Shown here piece after piece: positions 48,259 to 57,762 of a stretch of 59,873 bases of DNA; position 1 is the first letter of the stretch, and the number at the start of each line of letters is the position of its first letter. This DNA is from Candidatus Dormiibacterota bacterium. GTDB lineage: Bacteria > Chloroflexota > Dormibacteria > Aeolococcales > Aeolococcaceae. The notes under the pieces are model-generated. The model was given only the letters and a program-made list of their open reading frames with translations, made no database searches and was not told the origin of the DNA. Both the position numbers and the translations under genes were made by a program. Location of the stretch: NCBI GenBank assembly GCA_036844485.1, contig DAIUFS010000005.1, forward strand, positions 4,825 to 64,697. Direction: 5' to 3'.

Positions 48259-49124
48259 GCGTGCTCGTCGACAGCTCCAGCCGCGTAGTCATCCAGGGGA
48301 TCACCGGCAGGGAGGGCAGCTTTCACACCGAGCAGATGCGCGCGTTCGGGACCAACATCGTGGCCGGCGTGTCCCCGGGCAAAGGCGGCCAGGACGCCCA
48401 GGGGGCTCCCGTCTTCGACACCGTCGCTGACGCCGTGGCCGGCACCGGCGCCAACGTCAGCGGCATCTTCGTCCCCCCGCCCTTTGCCGCCGACGCCATC
48501 ATGGAATCCGCCGCCGCGGGCATCGCGCTTACGGTGTGCATCACAGAGGGCATCCCGATCCACGACATGATCCGGGCGCGCGCGTTCGTGGAACGAGCCG
48601 GAACCCGACTGCTCGGGCCCAACTGCCCGGGCCTGGTCACGCCGGGCCAGTGCAAGGTGGGCATCATCCCCAACCACATCAACGCCCCGGGGCCGGTGGG
48701 CATCGTGGCCCGCAGCGGCACGCTGACCTACGAGGTCATCCAGGGACTCGGGCAGGCGGGCATGGGCCAGACGACATCGGTGGGCATAGGCGGCGATCCC
48801 GTGCTCGGTCTCAGCTTCACCGACGTCCTCGCGCTCTTCGCCGGCGATGCCGAGACGCGCGCGGTGGTGATGATCGGGGAGATCGGGGGCAGCGACGAAG
48901 AGAACGCCGCGGCGTTCATCCGCAGCTCTGGGTTCGACAAGCCGGTGGTCGCCTTCATCAGCGGCCGGACGGCCCCCCCCGGTAAGCGCATGGGTCACGC
49001 CGGCGCGATCATCAGTGGGAACACGGGCACGGCGCAGAGCAAGATCGACGCTCTCACCGCGGCGGGGGCGGTGGTGGCGGACACCATCGAGGAGGTGGTG
49101 CGGCTCGTCGGGGAGCGGCTCTAG
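48255..49124 (+). CDS. sucD: Succinyl-CoA ligase alpha subunit
   Basis: 'QGITG', 'ITEGIP', 'GPNCPG', 'RSGTLTYE', 'IGEIGG', 'RMGHAGA'. Confidence 0.97.
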   Translation: MSVLVDSSSRVVIQGITGREGSFHTEQMRAFGTNIVAGVSPGKGGQDAQGAPVFDTVADAVAGTGANVSGIFVPPPFAADAIMESAAAGIALTVCITEGIPIHDMIRARAFVERAGTRLLGPNCPGLVTPGQCKVGIIPNHINAPGPVGIVARSGTLTYEVIQGLGQAGMGQTTSVGIGGDPVLGLSFTDVLALFAGDAETRAVVMIGEIGGSDEENAAAFIRSSGFDKPVVAFISGRTAPPGKRMGHAGAIISGNTGTAQSKIDALTAAGAVVADTIEEVVRLVGERL

Positions 49125-49177
49125 GTCCTTCTGCGGCCCGCGGCGGTCTCGGTGGCCGCCGCGCTACCGTTCGGGCA

Positions 49178-50338
49178 GTGAACTTCGACCTCTCCGACGA
49201 ACAGCGACAGATCCGCCACACCGTTCGCGACTTCGCCCGCGATGAGATCGCTCCGCGAGCTGCCGCATATGACGAATCCGGCGAGTTCCCCTACGACCTC
49301 GTCGCCGGCATGGCGCGGCTCGGCCTCTTCGCTCTTCCCTTTGACGAGCGTGTGGGGGGAGCGGGCGGCGACTTTCTCTCCTACTGCCTGGCGCTGGAGG
49401 AGATTGCCCGCGCCGACGCCGCCGTGGCCATCACCCTGGAGGCGGCGGTGTCGCTGGGCATCAGCCCCATCGTCAGCTTCGGAACGCCAGAACAGCAGCA
49501 GCGCTGGCTGCCCCGGCTGCTCTCGGGCGAGAGGCTGTGGGCCTTCGGCCTCACCGAGCCCGGGGCGGGATCGGATGCCGGTGGCACGCAGACCCGTGCC
49601 GAACCCAGGGACGGCGAATGGGTCATCAATGGCGGAAAGTCGTTCATCACCAACGCCGGGACGGACATCAGCGCGGGCGTCACCATCACCGCGGTCACCG
49701 GCAGCGCCGGCGGCGAGCGCCAGATCAGCGCCATCGCGGTCGAGCGCGGCACGCCGGGGTACACGCAGGCTCCCAGATACCGCAAGCTCGGATGGCACGC
49801 CAGCGACACGCGCGAGCTGAGCTTCGAGGACTGTCACGTTCCACGTGCCAACGTGATCGGCGCCGAGGGCGGCGGTTACCGCCAGTTCCTACAGATACTT
49901 GAGGGCGGCCGGGTGGCCATCGCAGCCCTGTCGGTCGGGCTGGCCCAGGCCTGCCTTGACGCGTCGTTGTCGCACTCGACCGAGCGGCGCCAATTCGGCG
50001 AGGCGATCGCGCGCTTCCAGGCGACGCAGTTCAAGCTCGCCGACATGGCAACCCAGATCGAGCTGTCCCGGCTGATGACGTGGCGTGCCGCAGCGGCCAT
50101 CGATGCGGGCACCAGTCCGGCACCGTTCGCCTCCATGGCCAAGCTGCATGCCTCGGAGGTGGCCACGGCCTGCGCCAACCAGGCGGTGCAGATTCACGGT
50201 GGCTACGGCTTCATGGAGGAGTCGCCGGTGGCGCGCTACTACCGCGACGTCAAGGCAAGCGAGATCGGGGAAGGAACCAGCGAGGTGCAGCGCATCCTCA
50301 TCGCCCGCCACCTCCTCGCCGACCTGCTCGTGGACTGA
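49178..50338 (+). CDS. Acyl-CoA dehydrogenase
   Basis: 'FGLTEPGAGSD', 'KSFITN', 'RRQFG', 'QIHGGYG', 'IGEGTSEVQR'. Confidence 0.95.
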   Translation: MNFDLSDEQRQIRHTVRDFARDEIAPRAAAYDESGEFPYDLVAGMARLGLFALPFDERVGGAGGDFLSYCLALEEIARADAAVAITLEAAVSLGISPIVSFGTPEQQQRWLPRLLSGERLWAFGLTEPGAGSDAGGTQTRAEPRDGEWVINGGKSFITNAGTDISAGVTITAVTGSAGGERQISAIAVERGTPGYTQAPRYRKLGWHASDTRELSFEDCHVPRANVIGAEGGGYRQFLQILEGGRVAIAALSVGLAQACLDASLSHSTERRQFGEAIARFQATQFKLADMATQIELSRLMTWRAAAAIDAGTSPAPFASMAKLHASEVATACANQAVQIHGGYGFMEESPVARYYRDVKASEIGEGTSEVQRILIARHLLADLLVD

Positions 50339-50381
50339 TGCACGGGGCGGCCGATGAGCCACCGGGCGTAGCATCGGAGCC

Positions 50382-51554
50382 ATGAACGGCGTCGTCATCG
50401 TCGCCGCGGCGCGTACGCCGTTCGGCCGGCTCGGCGGAGCACTCTCCAGCCTGCCGGCCACCGACCTCGGCGCGCGCGTCATCGGTGAGGTGTTGGAGCG
50501 CACCGGGACGGCCGGTGACGAGGTCGACCAGCTCATCATGGGGACGGTGCTCGGTGCCGGCCAGGGACAGGTGCCCTCCCGCCAGGCGGGCCTCAAGGCA
50601 GGGCTTCCCGCCAGCGTGCCCTCGTTCACCGTCAACAAGGTGTGCGCCAGCGCGCTCAAGGCGGTCAACCTGGGAGCCCTGCTCATCAACGCAGGCGAGG
50701 CGGACGTGGTGGTCGCGGGGGGAATGGAATCCATGTCTCGCGCGCCCTACCTGCTCGAGGACCAGCGCTTCGGCGCCCGCCTCGGCGATCGGCCCGCGGT
50801 GGACAGCGTCTTTCGCGATGGTCTGTGCTGCCCCGCCGATGGGGTGCTCATGGGCGTGCACGGCAGTGACGTCGCGGCCGAGCTCGGGGTCAGCCGGGTG
50901 CAACAGGACGAGTGGGCGCTGCGCTCCCAGCAGCGCTACGCGGCCGCCCTGGCCGCAGGTCGCTTCGCCGAAGAGATCGTTCCCGTGACCGTGAGGGAGA
51001 ACGCCGTCGAGCGGGACGAGCAGCCGCGACCGGACTCGTCCCTGGAGAAGCTGGCGTCTCTGCCGGGCGCTTTCGGCCCGGGCAGCACCGTCACCGCAGG
51101 CAACGCGCCGGGCATCAGCGACGGGGCCACCGCGGTCCTGCTGATGAGTGCCGATCGAGCACGCGCCGCGGGGCTGAGCATCCTGGGCCACTGGGTCACC
51201 TCGGCGGAGTCGGCAGCGGAGCATCCTTACCTCGCCACAGTTCCTGCCATGGCTGTCGAGAAGGCGATGTCGCGCAGCGGCGGCGAGATTGATGCCGGAC
51301 GTCTGGAGGTCATCGAGATCAACGAGGCGTTCGCTGCGGTGGCGATCACCAGCACGCGCATGCTCGAGGTCGATCCGGAGCGGGTCAACGTCAACGGTGG
51401 CGCGATCGCCGTCGGACATCCGATCGGCGCCAGCGGGGCACGCATCCTCATGACCCTCTTGTACGAGCTGCGCCGGCGTGGCGGCGGCTACGGCGCCGCG
51501 GCCATCTGCAGTGGCATGGCTCAGGGGGAGGCGACGCTGGTTCGTGTCGATTGA
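50382..51554 (+). CDS. Thiolase (acetyl-CoA C-acyltransferase)
   Basis: 'NKVCAS', 'GGMESMS', 'EINEAFA', 'GHPIGASG', C-terminal 'AICSG'. Confidence 0.95.
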   Translation: MNGVVIVAAARTPFGRLGGALSSLPATDLGARVIGEVLERTGTAGDEVDQLIMGTVLGAGQGQVPSRQAGLKAGLPASVPSFTVNKVCASALKAVNLGALLINAGEADVVVAGGMESMSRAPYLLEDQRFGARLGDRPAVDSVFRDGLCCPADGVLMGVHGSDVAAELGVSRVQQDEWALRSQQRYAAALAAGRFAEEIVPVTVRENAVERDEQPRPDSSLEKLASLPGAFGPGSTVTAGNAPGISDGATAVLLMSADRARAAGLSILGHWVTSAESAAEHPYLATVPAMAVEKAMSRSGGEIDAGRLEVIEINEAFAAVAITSTRMLEVDPERVNVNGGAIAVGHPIGASGARILMTLLYELRRRGGGYGAAAICSGMAQGEATLVRVD

Positions 51555-52704
51555 GGCGCCGGCCGCCGTGTCGATCGCCGATCGCACCCACGCCTTCGTC
51601 GAGGACATCATCCGCCCCTTCGCCCCGGCCATGGCACGTGGCCAGGGGATGCGCCCCGACGCGCTGGTGCGCGCCGCCGGAGAGCGCGGGCTCGCCGGAT
51701 TGCTTCTGCCCGTCGAGTACGGGGGAGCGGGCGCTAGTCACGTCGACTTCATCGCCTTCGTCGAGGCGGTCGCTCGGGTGTGCGCGAGCAGCGCGGTGAT
51801 TCTCGACGTCCATCTCAGTGTGGGCAGCGAACCGCTGCGCCTGTTCGGCAGCGCGGCGCAGCTGCGCCACCGTCTCCCGGCCATCGCTGCGGGCACCTGC
51901 ACCGCGGCGTTCGCGCTCACCGAACCGGCGAGCGGCAGCGACGCTGCGGCCCTCTCCACGCGCGCCGAGCGCGATGGCGCGGGCTACCGCCTCACCGGCA
52001 CCAAGGCCTTCATCACCAACTCCGGCGCCGCCGGCGTGTACACGGTGCTGGCGCGCACCGGGCCGGGGCGGCGCGGCATCAGCGCGTTCATGGTCGACGC
52101 CGACAGTCGCGGATTGAGTGTCGGCGCACCGCTGCACAAGATGGGGCTGGCCGGGTCCTGGACCGGCGAGCTCATCCTCGATGGGGTCCCGGTGAGCGCC
52201 GGCAACCGCCTGGGCGCGGAGGGCAAGGGCTTTGGCGTCGCCATGGCAGCCCTGGACAGCGGTCGCGTCGGCATCAGCGCCCAGGCGGTGGGCCTGGCAC
52301 AGGGATGCCTCGACGACATCGCGGCGGCCGCGCGCGGAGTGGAGACGGACACCGATCAGACGTTGCTCGCCGGCATCCACGCGCGCACCGTGGCCGCGCG
52401 CCTGCTCACCATCCACGCCGCCCGTCTCGCCGACGCTGGGCAGCCGATCACGCGCGACGCCTCCATCGCCAAGCTCTACTCCAGCGACACTTGTATGGCC
52501 GCCGCCATCGCGGCGGTGGAGTTATGCGCGCCCGATTCCGCGTTGAACGACCATCCTGCCGCGATCCGGATGCGCGACGCCAAGGCCAGCCAGATCTACG
52601 AGGGCACCAACCAGGTGCAGCGCATGGTCATCGCCCGGGCGCTGCTCGACGACCAGTCGCGCTCCGCTGCTCGCGAGTCGGCGTCCTCTCCGCGCCGCGC
52701 ATAA
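51544..52704 (+). CDS. Acyl-CoA dehydrogenase, divergent
   Basis: 'FALTEPASGSD', 'KAFITN', 'IYEGTNQVQR'; lacks the RxQFG and GGxG motifs. Confidence 0.85.
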   Translation: MSIEAPAAVSIADRTHAFVEDIIRPFAPAMARGQGMRPDALVRAAGERGLAGLLLPVEYGGAGASHVDFIAFVEAVARVCASSAVILDVHLSVGSEPLRLFGSAAQLRHRLPAIAAGTCTAAFALTEPASGSDAAALSTRAERDGAGYRLTGTKAFITNSGAAGVYTVLARTGPGRRGISAFMVDADSRGLSVGAPLHKMGLAGSWTGELILDGVPVSAGNRLGAEGKGFGVAMAALDSGRVGISAQAVGLAQGCLDDIAAAARGVETDTDQTLLAGIHARTVAARLLTIHAARLADAGQPITRDASIAKLYSSDTCMAAAIAAVELCAPDSALNDHPAAIRMRDAKASQIYEGTNQVQRMVIARALLDDQSRSAARESASSPRRA

Positions 52705-52750
52705 TCGTCGATCAATCGCGGATTCGCCTGACGCCATCTGGAGCACAGAC

Positions 52751-53899
52751 GTGGACGTTCGTTTCAACGAGGAGCAGGAGCTCATCCGCCAGAGCGTCCG
52801 CGAACTCGCCCGGGATCGGATCGCGCCACGCGCCCGTGAGATCGACGCTACCGGCGAGTTTCCCTGGGATGTGGTCGAGCTGTTTCGCAGCCACGATCTC
52901 TTCGCGCTGCCGTTCCCGCCCGAGTACGGTGGCCTGTCCGGCAGCGCGCTGACCCTCAATGTGGCCATCGAGGAGATCGCCAAGGCGTGCGCCAGCAGCG
53001 CTCTCATCCTTGCTGTGCAGGCCCTGGGCGGGTACCCGATCATGCTGGGGGGCAGCGCTGAGCAGAAGCAGCGGTTCCTGCCGGATCTGGCCACGGGCAA
53101 GAAGCTCGCCGCCTATGCGCTCACCGAGCCGGGTGCGGGCAGCGACCCGGCGGCCATGGCGACGCGAGCCACACGTCAGGGCGACGACTACGTGCTCACC
53201 GGCAGCAAGATCTGGATCACCGATGGCGGGGTGGCCGACATCATCGTGGTGTTCGCCAAGACCGATCCGAAAGCCGGGGGCAGAGGAGTCAGCGCGTTCG
53301 TGCTCGACAACGCGCGCGAGCTCAAGGGATTCACCGCCACTCCCATCCATGGCAAGCTCGGCATCCGCGGCAGCAACACCGCCGAGCTCCATTTCGACGA
53401 GGTGGTGGTGCCGGCCTCCAACCTTCTCGGCAAGGAGGGCGGCGGGTTCGCTCTCGCCATGCAGGTGCTCGACCGCTCCCGCCCCGGGGTTGCGGCCCAG
53501 GCGCTGGGGATCGCGCAGGGAGCGCTCGACTACGCCGTCGGGTATGCCAAGGAGCGCAAGCAGTTCGGCAAGCCCATCGCGGAATTCCAGGCGATCCAGT
53601 TCATGATCGCGGACATGGAGACGCAGACGGCCGCGGCGCGCGCCCTCGTGTACCACGCCTCGCGCCTCATCGATGAGCACGCCCCTGAGGTGACCCATTT
53701 CGCGTCGCTGGCCAAATTGGTCGCGAGCGACGCCGCCATGAAGGTGACCACGGATGCGGTCCAGGTTCTCGGGGGCTACGGCTACGTCAATGAGTACCCG
53801 GTGGAGCGAATGATGCGTGACGCCAAGATCACGCAGATCTACGAGGGGACCAACCAGATCCAGCGCCTGGTGGTGGCGCGCTCGCTGCTCGCAGACTGA
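52751..53899 (+). CDS. Acyl-CoA dehydrogenase
   Basis: 'YALTEPGAGSD', 'KIWIT', 'KLGIRGS', 'RKQFG', 'LGGYGY', 'IYEGTNQIQR'. Confidence 0.96.
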   Translation: MDVRFNEEQELIRQSVRELARDRIAPRAREIDATGEFPWDVVELFRSHDLFALPFPPEYGGLSGSALTLNVAIEEIAKACASSALILAVQALGGYPIMLGGSAEQKQRFLPDLATGKKLAAYALTEPGAGSDPAAMATRATRQGDDYVLTGSKIWITDGGVADIIVVFAKTDPKAGGRGVSAFVLDNARELKGFTATPIHGKLGIRGSNTAELHFDEVVVPASNLLGKEGGGFALAMQVLDRSRPGVAAQALGIAQGALDYAVGYAKERKQFGKPIAEFQAIQFMIADMETQTAAARALVYHASRLIDEHAPEVTHFASLAKLVASDAAMKVTTDAVQVLGGYGYVNEYPVERMMRDAKITQIYEGTNQIQRLVVARSLLAD

Positions 53900-54071
53900 C
53901 CCCGTCACGCTCGGGCGGGTCCTAGGCGCGCCGCGGTGCGCTACCCTAGGCGGACACCCCGGCCTCATCCCAACGTCCCTGCCAACTCTGTACTCGGGAG
54001 ACCGGTCGCGCTCTCCCGCGAGCGCGGAGATGCATCGGCGGCCGCGCCGCCCCCATCACTGGAACCCACAT

Positions 54072-55544
54072 ATGGCCACCTCCACACGGCGCCGCCGCTC
54101 CCGCTACAACGTGTTGCCCGGCTGGCTCAGCACCAAGCGGGTGATCGCGCTGGTCGCAAGCACCGCCGTCCTCGTGGTGGGGGTCTTCGCGGTTCGCACC
54201 GTGCTCGGCCTCGCCCACATCACCCGTCAGAATCCCCTGGCCGTGATCGGTGACCTGATCGGCGGCAAGAACAGCTCCGCCATCAACACGGCCAACACCA
54301 ACCTGCGCCGCATCAACTTCGCCTTCTACGGCTACGGCGGCCCGGGACACGACGGCGCCTATCTGACGGACTCGATCATGGTGGTCTCGGTGCAACCTCG
54401 GGCCAGCGGGCCGCCGGCGGTCGCCGAGATCAGCATCCCGCGCGACTGGTACGTGCCCATTCAGCTCGGCAACGGCAAGACCACCGCCGACCGCATCAAC
54501 TCGGCGTACTCCGACGGCGTCAGCGGTCAGGGGACGCTGCCCGCCAACGATCCGGCGGCGGGCTCCTCCGTGACCAATGCCACGCTCGAACACCTGCTCG
54601 GCATCCACATCGACCACTGGATCGGCCTCGACTTCCAGGCATTCAAGGCGGCTGTCGACGCCGTCGGAGGCGTTGACGTGGTCGTGCCCAACACCTTCAC
54701 GGACAACCAGTACCCCGCGGGTGAGTGCAGCAGCGGACCCAATGAGAACTGCCAGTACATGACAGTCCATTTTAACGCGGGGCTGCAGCACATGAACGGG
54801 ACCCGCGCCCTCGAGTTCTCCCGCTCGCGTCACTCCAACGACAACGGTGAGGGCACGGATTTCGCGCGCAGCCGGCGCCAGCAGCTCGTCGTCGCGGCGC
54901 TGAAGCAGAAGGTGGTCAGCCTGGGCGGGCTGGGCAATCTTCCCGACCTTCTCAACAGCCTCGGCGACAACGTGGTCACCGACCTCCATGTCAACGACCT
55001 CGAGGCCACCTACTCGCTGCTCAAGAACGTCGACACCAAATCAATCCTCCACGTCAGCTTCGACGACACCAACTTTCTTTATGAATGCGGCTATCCGGCC
55101 AACTGCGGGGCGTCCTACATCTACGCTCACGACCGGTCGTATGCCGAGATCGCCCACTACGTGCAGAACATCTTCGTCGACCCCGCCGCGCTCGGCCAGC
55201 ACGCCGCGGTGAGCGTCGAGGACGCCAGCGGCCGCGGCCTGAACGCCTCCGGGCGCTGGACGCAGCTGTTCAAGTATCTGTCGCTCAACGCCACCGACGG
55301 CGGCCCCATCCCCCGCCGGGCGACCACACAGGTCATCGACGAGAGCGGCGGCAAGGACGCGGCCACCGCCGCCTGGCTGGCGAAATACTTCGGGGTGACC
55401 GTGACCACGCCTCCCACCCCCACGCCGGGGTCGAGCGCGACGGCCCCCGGCGCGTCCACGGCCCCGACCAGCGGTGGTGTCGTGGTGATCCTCGGCCAGG
55501 ACGAGGAGAGCGCCTTTCTCAATCACCCCGGCGTGGGCAACTAG
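54072..55544 (+). CDS. LCP (LytR-CpsA-Psr) family protein with LytR C-terminal domain
   Basis: TM anchor; 'LTDSIMV', 'SIPRDWYV', 'RINSAY', 'ALEFSRSRH', 'DFARSRRQQ'. Confidence 0.93.
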   Translation: MATSTRRRRSRYNVLPGWLSTKRVIALVASTAVLVVGVFAVRTVLGLAHITRQNPLAVIGDLIGGKNSSAINTANTNLRRINFAFYGYGGPGHDGAYLTDSIMVVSVQPRASGPPAVAEISIPRDWYVPIQLGNGKTTADRINSAYSDGVSGQGTLPANDPAAGSSVTNATLEHLLGIHIDHWIGLDFQAFKAAVDAVGGVDVVVPNTFTDNQYPAGECSSGPNENCQYMTVHFNAGLQHMNGTRALEFSRSRHSNDNGEGTDFARSRRQQLVVAALKQKVVSLGGLGNLPDLLNSLGDNVVTDLHVNDLEATYSLLKNVDTKSILHVSFDDTNFLYECGYPANCGASYIYAHDRSYAEIAHYVQNIFVDPAALGQHAAVSVEDASGRGLNASGRWTQLFKYLSLNATDGGPIPRRATTQVIDESGGKDAATAAWLAKYFGVTVTTPPTPTPGSSATAPGASTAPTSGGVVVILGQDEESAFLNHPGVGN

Positions 55545-55556
55545 CGGAGTGCCGGG

Positions 55557-56591
55557 GTGAGGGTGGGGATCCTCACCGGGGGTGGTGACGCCCCCGGCCT
55601 GAACGCCGCGATTCGCGCGGTCGCCCGATCCGCGCTTGCCGCGGGCGGCACCGTGGTGGGTGTCCGCAACGGCTGGGCGGGCCTGACCGGGGACGGCGAC
55701 CTGGTGGAGATGACCCGTTCCGACTTCTCAGGAATCCTCCAGTTGGGGGGCACCATTCTGGGAAGCTCCCGGGTCAATCCCATGAAGCGCGAGGGCGGCC
55801 TCGACGAGTGCCTCGGCCACCTCCGTGCCGCCCGGCTCGACGCGCTGGTGGCGATCGGTGGCGACGACACCCTGAGCGTGGCCGCATGGCTGGCACAGCA
55901 GGGGGCGCCTGTGGTGGGCGTGCCCAAGACCATGGACAACGACCTCAGCGTGACCGACTACTGCATTGGCTTCGACAGCGCGGTCAGCATCGTCACCGAG
56001 GCCCTCGACCGCTTGCATACCACGGCGGCGTCCCATCACCGCGTCATGGTTGTCGAGGTGATGGGTCGAGACACCGGCTGGGTGGGGTTGATGGGCGGGC
56101 TGGCCGGCGGGGCCGACCTGATCATCATCCCGGAGTTTCAGCTCACCATCGACGAGGTCGTGGAGCACCTTGACCGCCGCCGCACCCAGGGGAGCGACTT
56201 CTCGATCATCGTGGTCGCCGAGGGGGTGCAGATGGAGGGCGTGACCCGGGTCGGCGACGAGCCGTCGCCGACGGACGCCTTCGGCCACGCGCTGCTGAGC
56301 AAGCGCGGGGTGGGCGAGCGGCTCGCCGCCATGATCGAGGAGCGGACGGGGAACGAGACGCGCACCACTGTGCTCGGCTACACGCAGAGGGGCGGCACGC
56401 CGACCGCCTACGACCGGATCTGGGCGACGCGTGTGGGAGCCGCCGCGTACAGCCTGGCCGCCGAAGCGCGCTGGGGCGAGATCCCCGTAGTGCGCGGAGG
56501 CACTGTGGAGATCGCGTCCATCAGTGAGGTCGTCGCCGAACAGCGGCGCGTTCCAGCGGAGCTCTACGAGCTCGCCCGGGTGTTCTTTTAA
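55557..56591 (+). CDS. pfkA: Phosphofructokinase (PPi-dependent signature)
   Basis: 'LTGGGDAPGLN', 'GGTILGSSR', 'GGDDT', 'PKTMDND', 'VEVMGR', 'LGYTQRGG'. Confidence 0.95.
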   Translation: MRVGILTGGGDAPGLNAAIRAVARSALAAGGTVVGVRNGWAGLTGDGDLVEMTRSDFSGILQLGGTILGSSRVNPMKREGGLDECLGHLRAARLDALVAIGGDDTLSVAAWLAQQGAPVVGVPKTMDNDLSVTDYCIGFDSAVSIVTEALDRLHTTAASHHRVMVVEVMGRDTGWVGLMGGLAGGADLIIIPEFQLTIDEVVEHLDRRRTQGSDFSIIVVAEGVQMEGVTRVGDEPSPTDAFGHALLSKRGVGERLAAMIEERTGNETRTTVLGYTQRGGTPTAYDRIWATRVGAAAYSLAAEARWGEIPVVRGGTVEIASISEVVAEQRRVPAELYELARVFF

Positions 56592-56618
56592 CGGGTGCGG
56601 GGCAGATCCCCGCCCCCC

Positions 56619-56645
56619 GCGTGGTCGGAGTGAATCCGACCACGC
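56619..56645. terminator. 11-bp stem hairpin between convergent genes
   Basis: GCGTGGTCGGA-GTGAA-TCCGACCACGC, preceded by the smaller GCGGGG-CAGAT-CCCCGC. Confidence 0.55.
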
Positions 56646-56724
56646 TCCCCCCGGCCCCTCGGCGCGCCTCGCGCGCCGGCTCGGCATTCGCCTCACACGA
56701 GCCGGCAGCGGGGCGGATCCTCCC

Positions 56725-57762
56725 TTACGCCACCCAGGCAGGGGCGGAGGTGGCGTCGAAGTCGAGGTGGGTGGTCACCTGCTTGGGCGGAGCCGGGGTG
56801 GGGGAGTCAGCGTGGTTCAGCCACCACAGCTGGAAGTGTCCGGTGGCGTCGGCGGGGGCGAGATAGACCAGGCTGGTGCCATCGGGTGCCCACGCCGGCG
56901 ATGCGCAGAGACAGGCGTTGACCAGCACTCGCGGAGGGCCGGGGGCGCCGTTCAGCAGGGGGATGACCTCCAGCCTGGCGGTCTGGGTGTCGGACGTGCA
57001 GATGACAGCGAGCTGGCTGCCGTCCGGGCTCACCGCCGGCTCTCCGCAGTCATCGGTCGAGGCTGTGAGGTACGTGGGGTCGGCTCCCGGCCTGGCTACC
57101 GTGGCAATCCGGGAGACGATCTGTGACTTGGCGTTGAGCGCGTACTGGGCGTACAGCACCCCTCCGTCGGCAAGCGGGACCGGGTTGACATCGCCCCCGG
57201 TGTAGCTGGTGGGGGTCGTCCACTGCCGGGACTCCAGCCTGCCGGACAGGGGACCGGACCACACCGCGAAGTGCACCTCGAAGGTCTGCCCGGTCTTGGG
57301 ACCGTCGTAGTTGAAGATCACGGTTCGTCCGTCGGCTGCGAGGTGCGGCCAGAAGGACCAGGCGTTGAGCTCGACATGCGCCGGTGTGGGGGTGGCGTTG
57401 GACGTGAGTTTCTGGACGATCGCGCCGGAGGTTGCGTCCACCAAGTAGATGTCGCTGTACTCGGCGGCGCGAGCCACCACCAGGAGCCTGCCCGGAGTCG
57501 CGACCGACGGCTGGATCCAGGCGCCGTCGGCGGCCGGCAGCCCCATGTCCTTGAACTGGCCGCCGTGGAACCGATAGAGATGTCCCGCCTGGGTCACATA
57601 GATGGTGCCAGGGAGGTTGAATGCCGGGGTTTCCTCGGTGGGGGCGACGACTGGCGGATTGGTGACCAGCGTCGACTTGCGACTCGCCAGGAACCGGTTG
57701 ACCCCAAAACCGAAGCCGACCCACACCACCAGCAGCGCGGCGATGAGACTGAGACGTCTCAC
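56725..57762 (-). CDS. TolB-like/PD40 beta-propeller, membrane-anchored
   Basis: N-terminal TM; 'PAVSPDGSQLA', 'SPAWAPDGTSLVY', 'APAW'. Confidence 0.85.
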   Translation of the reverse strand: MRRLSLIAALLVVWVGFGFGVNRFLASRKSTLVTNPPVVAPTEETPAFNLPGTIYVTQAGHLYRFHGGQFKDMGLPAADGAWIQPSVATPGRLLVVARAAEYSDIYLVDATSGAIVQKLTSNATPTPAHVELNAWSFWPHLAADGRTVIFNYDGPKTGQTFEVHFAVWSGPLSGRLESRQWTTPTSYTGGDVNPVPLADGGVLYAQYALNAKSQIVSRIATVARPGADPTYLTASTDDCGEPAVSPDGSQLAVICTSDTQTARLEVIPLLNGAPGPPRVLVNACLCASPAWAPDGTSLVYLAPADATGHFQLWWLNHADSPTPAPPKQVTTHLDFDATSAPAWVA

